A stretch of 64,000 bases of DNA, taken from contig JBCCHT010000042.1 in the NCBI GenBank assembly GCA_039028615.1, forward strand, positions 32,001-96,000. The letters are read 5' to 3'. The notes beneath the pieces are model-generated. The model was given only the letters and a program-made list of their open reading frames with translations. It had not been told where the DNA came from and did not search any database. The DNA comes from Myxococcota bacterium (GTDB lineage: Bacteria > Myxococcota_A > Polyangia > Nannocystales > Nannocystaceae). Position 1 is the stretch's first letter; every line of letters starts with the position of its first letter. The position numbers and the translations under genes were made by a program. This document shows, one piece after another, positions 49,250-58,608 of the stretch.

Positions 49250-49575
49250 AGACCATCTACATCCACGGCAGCGACGACGGAATCAAATGGGGCGAGGATG
49301 GCGGCAGCGCGTCCTTGAAGAACGACTCGTCCTCGTGGGGCGAGGGCGTCGAGTTTCGCCAGCACCCCAGCTCGGAAAAAGACGTGTACGTCGCCTCGAG
49401 CGGCAGTGACGTTCACTTCTCCCTCGACAAGACCGACGCGGATTCCTCGCTCGGCAGCGGCCCCGTCGAGATGAAGCCGAGCTCCGATCAGTCCGTGGTC
49501 CTCCAAGAAGACACCAGCGCCGCGCAGGCCACCAAGCGGGGCAAGCGTTGGTACAGCGGGTATGTACAGTCGTAG
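49246..49575 (+). CDS. small Ser/Asp-rich hypothetical protein coupled to the kinase
   Basis: ATGA overlap with kinase stop; host-like codon usage. Confidence 0.7.
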   Translation: MKTIYIHGSDDGIKWGEDGGSASLKNDSSSWGEGVEFRQHPSSEKDVYVASSGSDVHFSLDKTDADSSLGSGPVEMKPSSDQSVVLQEDTSAAQATKRGKRWYSGYVQS

Positions 49576-50197
49576 CCGCTGCTGGCAACAGTAGCTGCCA
49601 CTCACGACCGCAGGTCGGGCCGAATCCGCACGTTTGGCTCGACCTGTTTGCAATTTCGGTAGGGGCTCCCGCACTTCGACAAAGGGAACCCTTCATCGAT
49701 ATTTTTTTGTTCACGAGTTGAAGAAATTCGAGAGCGGTGGCGACTCCTGTGTTGAGGGCCGGGCGTCATGAATCACCGGCCGAGTCCTCACCCCAACCCG
49801 CGGGCAACCCCATCAAACACGCCCGCTTCCCCATCCTCTGAGGGCGCCGCATTTCGCGGCGCCCTCCCCCTCGCAACCGAGGGGTCTGCTCCTGGGCGGC
49901 CGGCCTATCTATCTCCGGCCGCGAGCGAGTGAACCACCGGTTTGTGTAGCGACGGCGACTCGGCGATCGAGCGCGCGCACGTTTCCATCATTCAGCCGGT
50001 ATGCGGCCTCCCGGGATGCTCGAGCGGATCTTCGAGCATCCCATTATTATGCCCGCCGCCCGAATGGCCGCGGCCGACTCGGGGTCCGGTCGCCGGGTGC
50101 CGCGTGAACCCGCGCCCACGGGCGGGTAGCCGCGCTGAGAAGCGCGCCGCGCATCGGGACACCGGTCGCATTGCTTCCCCGCGCTATCCTGCGGCGA

Positions 50198-51190
50198 ATG
50201 CCTTCCCGGGAAGCCCTCAACCGCTGCCGCTACGACGGCTCGGACCGTGGTCACTACGAGAGTTGGTTTCAGCGGGCCAACCATCCGAGTCGACCCCTCG
50301 CGTTCTGGATTCGGTACACCATCTTCTCTCCCGCCGGGCGGGCTGCCGACGCGGTCGGTGAGCTGTGGGCGATCGTCTTCGACGGCGAGCAGCAGAAGAT
50401 CACCGCCGTCAAACAAGTACACCCCATCGCCGACTGCGAGTTTTCCCCCTCGGGTCTCGCGGTGCGCATCGCCAGCTCCACGCTCGACAACGCGGGGCTC
50501 AGAGGCGAGGCCCGGCTCGGTGGGCGCCACCTCCAGTGGGCCCTGCGCTACGAAGGCAAGAAGCCGCCGCTGCTGCTGTTGCCGCCGCGCCTATACGACA
50601 CTCCGCTGCCCAAGGCCAAGGCGCTCGTCGGCATGCCCCTGGCGCGCTTCAGCGGAGAGCTCCACGTCGGCAGCGAGCGCATCGAGGTCGAGGACTGGGT
50701 CGGCAGCCAGAACCACAATTGGGGGAAGCAGCACACCGATCACTATGCGTGGGGCCAGGTCGCGGGCTTCGACGACGAGCCCGACGCCTTCCTCGAGCTG
50801 TCCACGGCGCGCCTGCGCATCGGCCCGCTGTGGACACCGTGGCTCACGCCGATGGTGCTGCGCCTCGACGGGGAAGAGTACGCGGTCACTGGCTTGGGGC
50901 AGGCTCTACGCGCGAAGGGGCGGTTCCATCCCTTCGAGTGGACCTTCGCCACGCGTACGCCTCGGGTGCGCATCGAGGGGAAGATCCGGGCCGAGGCGCG
51001 AGACTTCGTGGCCCTGCGCTACGGCAACCCGCCGGGCGGCAGCAAGATCTGCCTCAACTCGAAGATCGCGTCCTGCGAGGTCACCGTGCATCGCTCCGGC
51101 CAGGCGCCGCGCAAGCTGGTTACGGGCAACCGAGCGGCCTTCGAGATCCTGCAGGACAACGCGCCCGCTGGCATGACGCCCGTGGCGTAG
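50198..51190 (+). CDS. hypothetical protein, tocopherol cyclase/AttH-like beta-barrel fold
   Basis: GHYESWF, FWIRYT, GSQNHNWG, YAWGQ pattern. Confidence 0.7.
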   Translation: MPSREALNRCRYDGSDRGHYESWFQRANHPSRPLAFWIRYTIFSPAGRAADAVGELWAIVFDGEQQKITAVKQVHPIADCEFSPSGLAVRIASSTLDNAGLRGEARLGGRHLQWALRYEGKKPPLLLLPPRLYDTPLPKAKALVGMPLARFSGELHVGSERIEVEDWVGSQNHNWGKQHTDHYAWGQVAGFDDEPDAFLELSTARLRIGPLWTPWLTPMVLRLDGEEYAVTGLGQALRAKGRFHPFEWTFATRTPRVRIEGKIRAEARDFVALRYGNPPGGSKICLNSKIASCEVTVHRSGQAPRKLVTGNRAAFEILQDNAPAGMTPVA

Positions 51191-51252
51191 CGGGCGGAAG
51201 CTCTGCGATCTGTTGGAACGTAGGCGCGCGAGTTTGCGCGTGGCCGCTGTCC

Positions 51253-52071
51253 CTATTGCGCCGCGACGACGATTGGCTCGGGGGGGCCGACCTCGTTGCA
51301 GACGGCCTGCAACGCCGCCCACTCGTCGTCCGACAGCGCGGGCTCCCCTGCATGCGCGACCTCTTCGAGGTTCGCCTTCCGAGTCTCCCCCGACGGGTGC
51401 GTCGACAAAAACTCCACCGCCCCCGGCACGTCGTCTCCCGAGTCCTTCAGCCGCTCGAAGAAACTGAACAACCCCCGAGAGTCGATCCCCGCGGCGTTGA
51501 GCAGCTCGACCCCGGCTCGGTCGGCATCAAGCTCATCGCCGCGGCTGTAGTGATTGGTCAGCAGCGACTTCGCGACCTCTTCGTGCGACCCGTCGCCGGG
51601 CGTGAGCATGCCGAAGATCCCGTACCCCACCGCCTCGATGAGCCCCTCCGCCGGGTGTCGCTCGACGACGTGCCCCATCTCGTGCGCGAGCACTCCGGCG
51701 ACTTCGTCGGGCCCTTCCGCCTGGTCGATGATCGGCTTGAAGATCACGACGTGCCCACCGGGCGCGGCGAAGGCGTTCACGATCTCCTGGTCGCTGACGT
51801 AGACCTTGAAGGTGCGGTCGTCGGCTTCCTTGGCCAGGCGTTTGACGAGGTCCTCGAGCACGGCGACGCCCTCGGGGTCGTTGCAGAAGTTCCCCTCTTC
51901 GGCGGTGCCCTTGATCATCTCGGCCCCGACGGCGTTTTCGATCCGCTCGGGCAGCAGGGGCGCGACGAAGCCCGACAGCAGCGGGAAGGACACGAAGCCC
52001 ACCAGCAGGAGGATCGCCAGCAGGGTTCCGATGAACGCGAGGCGGCGGCTGCGTTTGGTGCGTTCGTCCAC
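51253..52071 (-). CDS. M48-family metallopeptidase
   Basis: VNAFAAPGG, LAHEMGHV, ELDAD, FLSTHP; start placed at GTG 52071 (uncertain). Confidence 0.9.
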   Translation of the reverse strand: MDERTKRSRRLAFIGTLLAILLLVGFVSFPLLSGFVAPLLPERIENAVGAEMIKGTAEEGNFCNDPEGVAVLEDLVKRLAKEADDRTFKVYVSDQEIVNAFAAPGGHVVIFKPIIDQAEGPDEVAGVLAHEMGHVVERHPAEGLIEAVGYGIFGMLTPGDGSHEEVAKSLLTNHYSRGDELDADRAGVELLNAAGIDSRGLFSFFERLKDSGDDVPGAVEFLSTHPSGETRKANLEEVAHAGEPALSDDEWAALQAVCNEVGPPEPIVVAAQ

Positions 52072-52443
52072 GGCGAAGGGAACGCTAGTCTCGGGATCGC
52101 CGGCTGTCGAGCGGCAATGCGCGCGGGACCGCATGCGTGCCTCGCAGAGCGCTCGCGCGGGCGCGCAGCGGCATCCTGCGCCGGCTTCGGCTGCAGGCGA
52201 AACCAAATGCGACGCTCGGTTCATGGACGCCGAGGGGCGACCATGAACCGAGCTCGTTGGAAGGACAGCGGGGTTGACCCAGGGGCCGCGGCGGGTGCCG
52301 GGCACGCTCACCTCGGGCGAAGCGCCGGAGCTGTCCGCCGCTTCTTTTGGCGGCTTGTGGACAGACGGTGGAGTTCGCGGGGTGAAGTGCCGGTCTGGCG
52401 CGGCGCTGTCGACTAGTTCAACGTCCCAGACGTCGAAGTTGTT

Positions 52444-53298
52444 TCATCGAACGAAGCGTCGGACGACGATGAGCAAGGGCTGCGGCACGGGGCTTCGCGT
52501 GGTGCTGGCCCAGGCGGAGCGGCTGCTGCGATAGGGATGGCGGCCTTCGTAGGCGGTGGAGCGACCCCCGAACAGATCGGTCCAGGAGCGACGCTGCGCC
52601 TGAGCCCCGAGCACCTCGACCTCGTCGAGGTAGGCGTTCATGCGGCTGTGCCGAAGCTCGGCGTCGGCGGCAAACCAGACGAAGGCGGCGACGAGGGCGA
52701 GCAGGTACTGACCCCACCACAGGCCGGCGAGACCCATGACCAACGCGAGGCCCTTGCCGATGCGAGCGGCGATCTCGGTGGCGCGCGTGGAGCCCTTGCG
52801 CTCGGCCAACAGCGCCCGCAGAGCACGGCCACCGTCCATGGGGAACGCGGGTAGGAGATTGAAGGTGCCGAGCACGAGGTTGGCGACCATGACGCCTCCG
52901 ACCATCGAGCTGAGCAACGGCACGCCCGCGAACACGGGTGACAGCACCCACAAGCCGGCGGCGAGAGCGAAGTTCACGGCCGGGCCAGCGAGCGCGACGG
53001 CGAGCTCTTGTCGCGGCGCAGCGGGCATACCCTCGAGCTGCGCGACGCCCCCAATCGGGGAAAGCACGATACGCCGGGTTCGAATGCCGAAGCGGCGAGC
53101 CATGAGCGCGTGACCCAGCTCGTGGAGCAAGACCGACGCGAATACGGCGAGCAGGAAGCCCACGCCGAGTACTACGGCGAGGCCCGAGCCTGCCCCGGAC
53201 CAGGCAGACCACGCGGACCAGGCCACCAGCAGCAGGAACGAGGCGTGGACGTAGGTGTCAATGCCCGCGAACCGACCGAGTTTCCAGGACCATTTCAT
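52444..53298 (-). CDS. site-2 protease (M50) family protein
   Basis: LHELGH, PIGGVA, AGPAVN, FNLLPAFPMDGG. Confidence 0.94.
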   Translation of the reverse strand: MKWSWKLGRFAGIDTYVHASFLLLVAWSAWSAWSGAGSGLAVVLGVGFLLAVFASVLLHELGHALMARRFGIRTRRIVLSPIGGVAQLEGMPAAPRQELAVALAGPAVNFALAAGLWVLSPVFAGVPLLSSMVGGVMVANLVLGTFNLLPAFPMDGGRALRALLAERKGSTRATEIAARIGKGLALVMGLAGLWWGQYLLALVAAFVWFAADAELRHSRMNAYLDEVEVLGAQAQRRSWTDLFGGRSTAYEGRHPYRSSRSAWASTTRSPVPQPLLIVVRRFVR

Positions 53299-53454
53299 TG
53301 CTCGGACAACGTAGGCCTCATCCGAGGGAAAGCAAGGGGTGTGCCGGGATCACATTTCTTTGCAAAACGTTGTGCATTGGCGTGAAACATCGGGTCCGGC
53401 GAGGACGTAGGGCCCGCCGGATCGGCTCGATCGGGCTGCTACCATCCCCGCGTC

Positions 53455-54003
53455 GTGCTTCGCCTGACACCTTTGCTGCTGTCACTAGTGCTCGTGTCGA
53501 TCGGCACGGGCTGCCCGAACGAACCCCACGCGAGCGCGGGCACTCCGGCCGCGAAAACCAGCGCGAAGCCTGGAGCACCGACTCCGCCTGCACCGAAGGC
53601 CGAGGCGCCGGACAAAGGGCCGCAGTTCGTCGCGGCGGGCGAAGGCGCGGTGGACGAAGTCGTGCGGCACGCGAGCGCGAAGGCGAAGACCGACGAGCGG
53701 CAGCTGGTCGTTTATGTCGGCGCGTCGTGGTGCGAGCCGTGCATGGACTTCCACCACGCGGTCGAGCGCGGCGAGCTCGACGAGGCGCTGGCCGGCGTTC
53801 GCTTCGTGGAGTTCGATTCCGATCGCGACGGCGCTCGCCTGCGCGACGCGGGCTACGGCGGCCGACTGATCCCTCGCTTCGTGGTGCCCGGACCCGACGG
53901 ACGCAGCTCCGAGCGGCGGATCGAAGGCGGCATCAAGGGCGAAGGCTCGGTCGCCCACATCATGGGGCGACTGGGCCCGCTGTTGGGCACGACCCCCGGC
54001 TGA
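53455..54003 (+). CDS. thioredoxin-family lipoprotein
   Basis: GTGC lipobox; YVGASWCEPC; LIPRF cis-Pro loop. Confidence 0.85.
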   Translation: MLRLTPLLLSLVLVSIGTGCPNEPHASAGTPAAKTSAKPGAPTPPAPKAEAPDKGPQFVAAGEGAVDEVVRHASAKAKTDERQLVVYVGASWCEPCMDFHHAVERGELDEALAGVRFVEFDSDRDGARLRDAGYGGRLIPRFVVPGPDGRSSERRIEGGIKGEGSVAHIMGRLGPLLGTTPG

Positions 54004-54012
54004 GGAACGACC

Positions 54013-55038
54013 ATGTCCGAGACGCTACTGCTGCACGACGACACCATGATCGACCACGATCCCGGGCGGGGTCACCCCGAGCGGCCCGATCGCTTGCGCG
54101 CGATCATGGCTCATCTGTCCGAGCACCCCGTGGCCGGTACTCGCATGATGACGCCGAGCCCGGTGCCGCGCCCCACCGCGCTGCGCGTGCACGACGAAGA
54201 GCACATGCGACATGTCGATGCGGCGCGGGGGCTTCACCAGCGCTTCGATCCCGACACCGTCGCCTCGCCTCGCAGCATCGACGCGGCCTATCTCGCGGCG
54301 GGGGCCGCCGTGCAGGCGGTCGACGAGGTGCTCGACGGGCGGGCCCGCAATGCGTTCGCTCTCGTGCGCCCGCCGGGGCACCACGCCGAGCCCAGCCGCG
54401 CGATGGGCTTTTGCTTCCTGAACAACGTGGCCATTGCGGCCGAGCACGCGCTGGCCCGCCCCGAGATCGAGCGCGTGATGGTGATCGACTGGGACGTGCA
54501 CCACGGCAACGGCACCCAAAACGCGTTCTATGGCCGCCGTGACGTGCTCTTCGCCAGCTCGCACCAGTTTCCGTTTTATCCGGGCACGGGTGCGCTGGCC
54601 GAAGAGGGCACGGGCGAGGGCCAGGGCTATACCGTCAACGTGCCGCTGCCCGGGGGCGCGACCGATGGTGACTATCGGCGGCTCTTCGGTGATCTCGTCG
54701 CGCCCGCGGCCGAGCACTTCGATCCCGACCTGGTCCTGGTCTCGGCCGGGTTCGATGCGCATCGTCTCGATCCGGTCGGGGGCATGGCGATGAGTGCCGA
54801 GGGCTTCGCCGACCTGTGCGCCACGATCAAAGCGGTGGCCGACGCCCGAGCGAACGGCCGCCTGGTGCTGGTACTCGAAGGCGGCTACGACCTGTCCGGC
54901 CTCGCCACCAGCGTGCACGCGTGCGTCGAGGTCATGGCCGGCGCGACCGCGCCCGACGGCGGGGGCGATCCGAGCACGGGCGGCGATCGAGCGCTCCGCG
55001 AAGCGCACGCGCATCACCGCCGCCACTGGCCGGTCTGA
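54013..55038 (+). CDS. histone deacetylase family amidohydrolase
   Basis: HPERPDR, RPPGHHA, GFC, DWDVHHGNGTQ, SAGFDAH..DP, LEGGY. Confidence 0.95.
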   Translation: MSETLLLHDDTMIDHDPGRGHPERPDRLRAIMAHLSEHPVAGTRMMTPSPVPRPTALRVHDEEHMRHVDAARGLHQRFDPDTVASPRSIDAAYLAAGAAVQAVDEVLDGRARNAFALVRPPGHHAEPSRAMGFCFLNNVAIAAEHALARPEIERVMVIDWDVHHGNGTQNAFYGRRDVLFASSHQFPFYPGTGALAEEGTGEGQGYTVNVPLPGGATDGDYRRLFGDLVAPAAEHFDPDLVLVSAGFDAHRLDPVGGMAMSAEGFADLCATIKAVADARANGRLVLVLEGGYDLSGLATSVHACVEVMAGATAPDGGGDPSTGGDRALREAHAHHRRHWPV

Positions 55039-55053
55039 GTCGAGCGCGCTCGC

Positions 55054-56037
55054 TCAGGGGAAGCCGGGATCGGGATCTGGAGGCTCGACGCCCTCGTCGG
55101 TCTTGGGCGGATCGACCGGATCGGGGTCGACCCCGGTGTCCGAGACGCCGATCCATCGGCCGTGCTCTCCACACAAGCCATCGACCCCGGAACCGAAGTT
55201 GTAGAGGTCCCAGGTGATCGTCGGGTTGTTCGGATCGTCGACGACGGTCGCGGCCCCGTCTGGAGGCACGAGGGGGGTCACGCCGTTGTCCGCGGCCAGC
55301 GAGCGATACCCCGCGAGCTCTCCACACTCGGTCACGCAGTCGGCCGGATCGGGCGCCCCCAAGTGGAAGTTGAACGGCTCGGCAATACTCGGGTCGACCA
55401 CGTTCGACACCACGAGACTTCCATAGACCGGGTGCGTGAGGTTGTAGGCCTCGAGCTCGCAGTTGGCCACGTCGACCTGGTAGCGCTGCATCGCCAAGGT
55501 CACGCAGCCTTCGATGGGCCAGGGCAGCAGATCGATGTCGAGGCCGAGATCGATCTCGACCTCGTCTCCCACCGGGGGAAAGCCGCCCTCGCAGCACCCG
55601 TCGCACTGGACGCCCCAAAATCCCGTGGGCAACACGTCCACCACCACGAACTGCTCGACGGTGAGCAAGCAGTCGGGTTGCTCACCGTCGAAGTACAGGT
55701 CGAAGGGGGTGTCGAAGCCGACGTTGCACATCTTCGGGCCGATGCCCGTCTCCTCGGAGCCGATGCCCGTCTCGCCCGACGTCGCCGGATCGGTCGGATC
55801 GACGGGCCCGGTCTCGGCTCCCGTGGTCACCCCCGGGGTGTCGTCTCCTGCGGAGCCCTCGGCCGAGCCTTCTCCGGGGCGGCTCGTCTCCTCTCCGGGG
55901 CGATCGCCGGTCGTCACCGCGGAGGTGCCGCCCGTGTCCCCGTCGGAGCCTCCGGCCCCATCCCCGAACAGGGGATTGTCCCGGGCGCACCCGGTCAGGG
56001 CGATCACGCCCAGCATGCTCAATCTCAACCAAGCCAT
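55054..56037 (-). CDS. hypothetical Cys/acidic lipoprotein
   Basis: LTGC lipobox followed by ARDNP, G/T/E linker, Cys-rich body; start could be 56085. Confidence 0.72.
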   Translation of the reverse strand: MAWLRLSMLGVIALTGCARDNPLFGDGAGGSDGDTGGTSAVTTGDRPGEETSRPGEGSAEGSAGDDTPGVTTGAETGPVDPTDPATSGETGIGSEETGIGPKMCNVGFDTPFDLYFDGEQPDCLLTVEQFVVVDVLPTGFWGVQCDGCCEGGFPPVGDEVEIDLGLDIDLLPWPIEGCVTLAMQRYQVDVANCELEAYNLTHPVYGSLVVSNVVDPSIAEPFNFHLGAPDPADCVTECGELAGYRSLAADNGVTPLVPPDGAATVVDDPNNPTITWDLYNFGSGVDGLCGEHGRWIGVSDTGVDPDPVDPPKTDEGVEPPDPDPGFP

Positions 56038-56230
56038 GGAGTTAGTTGTAGCCGAAGTGGTGGCCTTCGTCCCGATCCTGGCCATTGGATCAACCGGGCG
56101 ACGAAACCTGTAGGCAGCGAACCGACACCGACTCGATCGAGGCCGAAACGCCCTCCCGTCGGCACCCATGCCGGGAACCTCGGGCGGCTTCGCTGCCACC
56201 AACCAGTGGATCAAAAACCGGAGTCTCGCC

Positions 56231-57745
56231 ATGCGCTTCGCCACTGTCACCGCCCGTCCCCGCCTGCGCCTCGCCCGCTGCTTTTTCGCCTCTGTGGGCC
56301 TGTTGTGGGCCTGTGAAGCCGCTCCCACCGCTCGCCGCGATCCCGAACCCGAGCCCGAGATGGAGCTCATCGACCCCGCGGCCGAGCCCCTCGCGCCCGA
56401 GCTGGCGACCCAGGTCGCCACCCATCTCGCCGACTACGGTCGCCACTGGCCCGCCTTCCGATTCCACGGCTCCGTGATCGTCGCGCGTGGCGACGAGGTG
56501 GGCGTCGACCAGGCGTTCGGCTTCGCCGACCTCGTGGAGGGCGTGCCCAACGAAAGCGACACCATGTTTCGCATCGGCACCTTGTCGGCCCAGCTCACCG
56601 CGGCCGCCGTGCTGCGCCTGGCCGCGGCCGATCGGCTGCGCCTCGACGATCCCGTGTCTCGTTACCTGCCCTACTGGCCCAACGGTGAGCGGATCACCCT
56701 CGAGCACTTGTTGTCGCATCGCAGCGGCATCCCCAACTACACCGACATGCAGTCCTTCGAGGCCTGGAAGCGACAGGAGCACACGCTGCAGACCGCGGCG
56801 TCGTGGTTCCGCAACCTACCGCTCGAGTTCGATCCGGGCACCGACACGAGCCCGAGCAACTCCAACTACATGCTGCTCGGGCTCGTCCTCGAGTCCATCA
56901 CCGGGCAGCCTCACCACGAGGTCGTGGCCGAGCAGGTGCTCGAGCCGCTCGGCATGCATCGCACGCAATTCGCCGACACCGAGCATGCTCAGGCCGTCGG
57001 GATGGAGTATCACGAGGACGAGCGGCTGGTGCTCGTGGCCGACGTCGAGCCGTCGGCGTTCGGGTCGGCGGGCGGATGGCTGTCGACCACGGGCGACCTG
57101 CTGCGATGGGTTCGGGGCTTGAACGACGAGCAGTTTTTGCCGTCGTCCCTCGTGGAGCGCATGCAGGGGCGGGGCAGTGAAGGCTTTGGGTACGCGTGGA
57201 CGGACAGCGAGATCGCGGGGCGCGATGCGTTGACGTGGCCGGGGCTCATCGATGGCTTCAATGCTTCGCTGGTGCATGTGCCTTCGGACGACACCACGAT
57301 CATCGTGCTGTCGAACTCGGAGGTGCTGCCCACGGGGCAGCTGGTGGGGGAGATTGCTTCGCTGATCTACGAAGGGGAGCTGCCGAAGCGGGTCGAGGCG
57401 CGGGCGGTTCCGGTGGAGATGGAGGAGCAGCGGCGGGCGAAGGGGCGGTATGTGCTGACGCGGGGGACGGAGCAGGCGCTCGAAGGGGCGGATCCGGAGG
57501 CGATGGTGCAGCTGGCGGAGATTCGGGTGGTGGAGCAGGAGGGGGTGATGGTGTTGGATATTCCGATCCATGGGAGGAAGCGGATGCATCCGGCGGGGGC
57601 GGGGCGGTTTTTCTTCAAGGATGGGGGGCAGAGTACGGCGCAGTTTATTGAGCGGGGGGAGAAGGCGGCGTTGTTGGTGTTGGAGGCGAATGGGAGTGAG
57701 CTTCGGTATGTGCGGATTGCGGAGGATGGGGTGGCGGGGGCTTGA
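56231..57745 (+). CDS. serine hydrolase/beta-lactamase-fold lipoprotein with degenerate active site
   Basis: FRIGTLSAQLTA (SxxK>TLSA), LLSHRSGI, PGTDTSPSNSNY (YxN>PSN), AGGWLST. Confidence 0.85.
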   Translation: MRFATVTARPRLRLARCFFASVGLLWACEAAPTARRDPEPEPEMELIDPAAEPLAPELATQVATHLADYGRHWPAFRFHGSVIVARGDEVGVDQAFGFADLVEGVPNESDTMFRIGTLSAQLTAAAVLRLAAADRLRLDDPVSRYLPYWPNGERITLEHLLSHRSGIPNYTDMQSFEAWKRQEHTLQTAASWFRNLPLEFDPGTDTSPSNSNYMLLGLVLESITGQPHHEVVAEQVLEPLGMHRTQFADTEHAQAVGMEYHEDERLVLVADVEPSAFGSAGGWLSTTGDLLRWVRGLNDEQFLPSSLVERMQGRGSEGFGYAWTDSEIAGRDALTWPGLIDGFNASLVHVPSDDTTIIVLSNSEVLPTGQLVGEIASLIYEGELPKRVEARAVPVEMEEQRRAKGRYVLTRGTEQALEGADPEAMVQLAEIRVVEQEGVMVLDIPIHGRKRMHPAGAGRFFFKDGGQSTAQFIERGEKAALLVLEANGSELRYVRIAEDGVAGA

Positions 57746-57833
57746 GGGTTCTGCTTCGAACGGAACGCTTGTTGAATTTTGCTTGGGCGGGGGGGTGCTT
57801 GCTTCGAGAACGTTGGTGAGTGTTCGAACGAGC

Positions 57834-57973
57834 GGCTCGCCTGTTGACGGCTGGAACCCTCCCCGGACGTGCTCGGCGGCCGTGGTCGCGGAGTGTTTCT
57901 CGGCGGGTGTCGGCGGCCGCCTCCGCGCGACCGGGCCCCCTCCATCCTACGCGGCTTCGCTTCAGCCCTCCCC
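57834..57973 (-). repeat. dispersed structured intergenic repeat, copy C
   Basis: Reverse complement of the repeat core. Confidence 0.9.
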
Positions 57974-58468
57974 CGGCACCGGCTCCCGAGCGGAGGGGGG
58001 TTGCGCTCTGCTAGAGCGACGGGCGGCTTGCTCGTCGTCCTTTGTGCGCGCTCGCTTTGCTTCGCTTGCTTGGGGGGTGACTCGGCAGTCTGAAGTGCAT
58101 CGCGTGATCGCATCTTTGTATGCGCGCCGCCTTGTTTGCCTTCACAGGACTCGATCTCGTCGCTCGATTTGCTCTGGCTCCGCGCTGCGCGACTCGTCCT
58201 TTGCTGTGGGTTGCCACCGGCTTCGACAGGCAATGCATCGGTTCGTTTGGTTCCCTGCAGGCTTCCTGTAGCGAGCCACGGTGTTCCGTCGCTTGCTCGG
58301 GAGCCCATCCTCAGGCTGAAAACCTTCATCACAGAGTTACGACACGTCCATCCGCCGTCCCTCCCATCAGCCTCTATGCGGCGACGCCACCGCGCAACTC
58401 GCCACTCGAGCAAGACCAACCCTCGCTCGAGCAGAGTGCGACCGCCCCCCGTTCGGGAGCCGGTGCCG

Positions 58469-58608
58469 GGGGAGGGCTGAAGCGAAGCCGCGTAGGATGG
58501 AGGGGGCCCGGTCGCGCGGAGGCGGCCGCCGACACCCGTCGAGAAACACTCCGCGACCACGGCCGCCGAGCACGTCCGGGGAGGGTTCCAGCCGTCAACA
58601 GGCGAGCC
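58469..58608 (+). repeat. dispersed structured intergenic repeat, copy D
   Basis: Same core as copy A. Confidence 0.9.

Noticed and set aside
49583..49600. Sigma-54 promoter-like TGGCA...TGC
   Set aside because: GG-to-GC spacing is off by one and the sequence is a small hairpin after a stop codon
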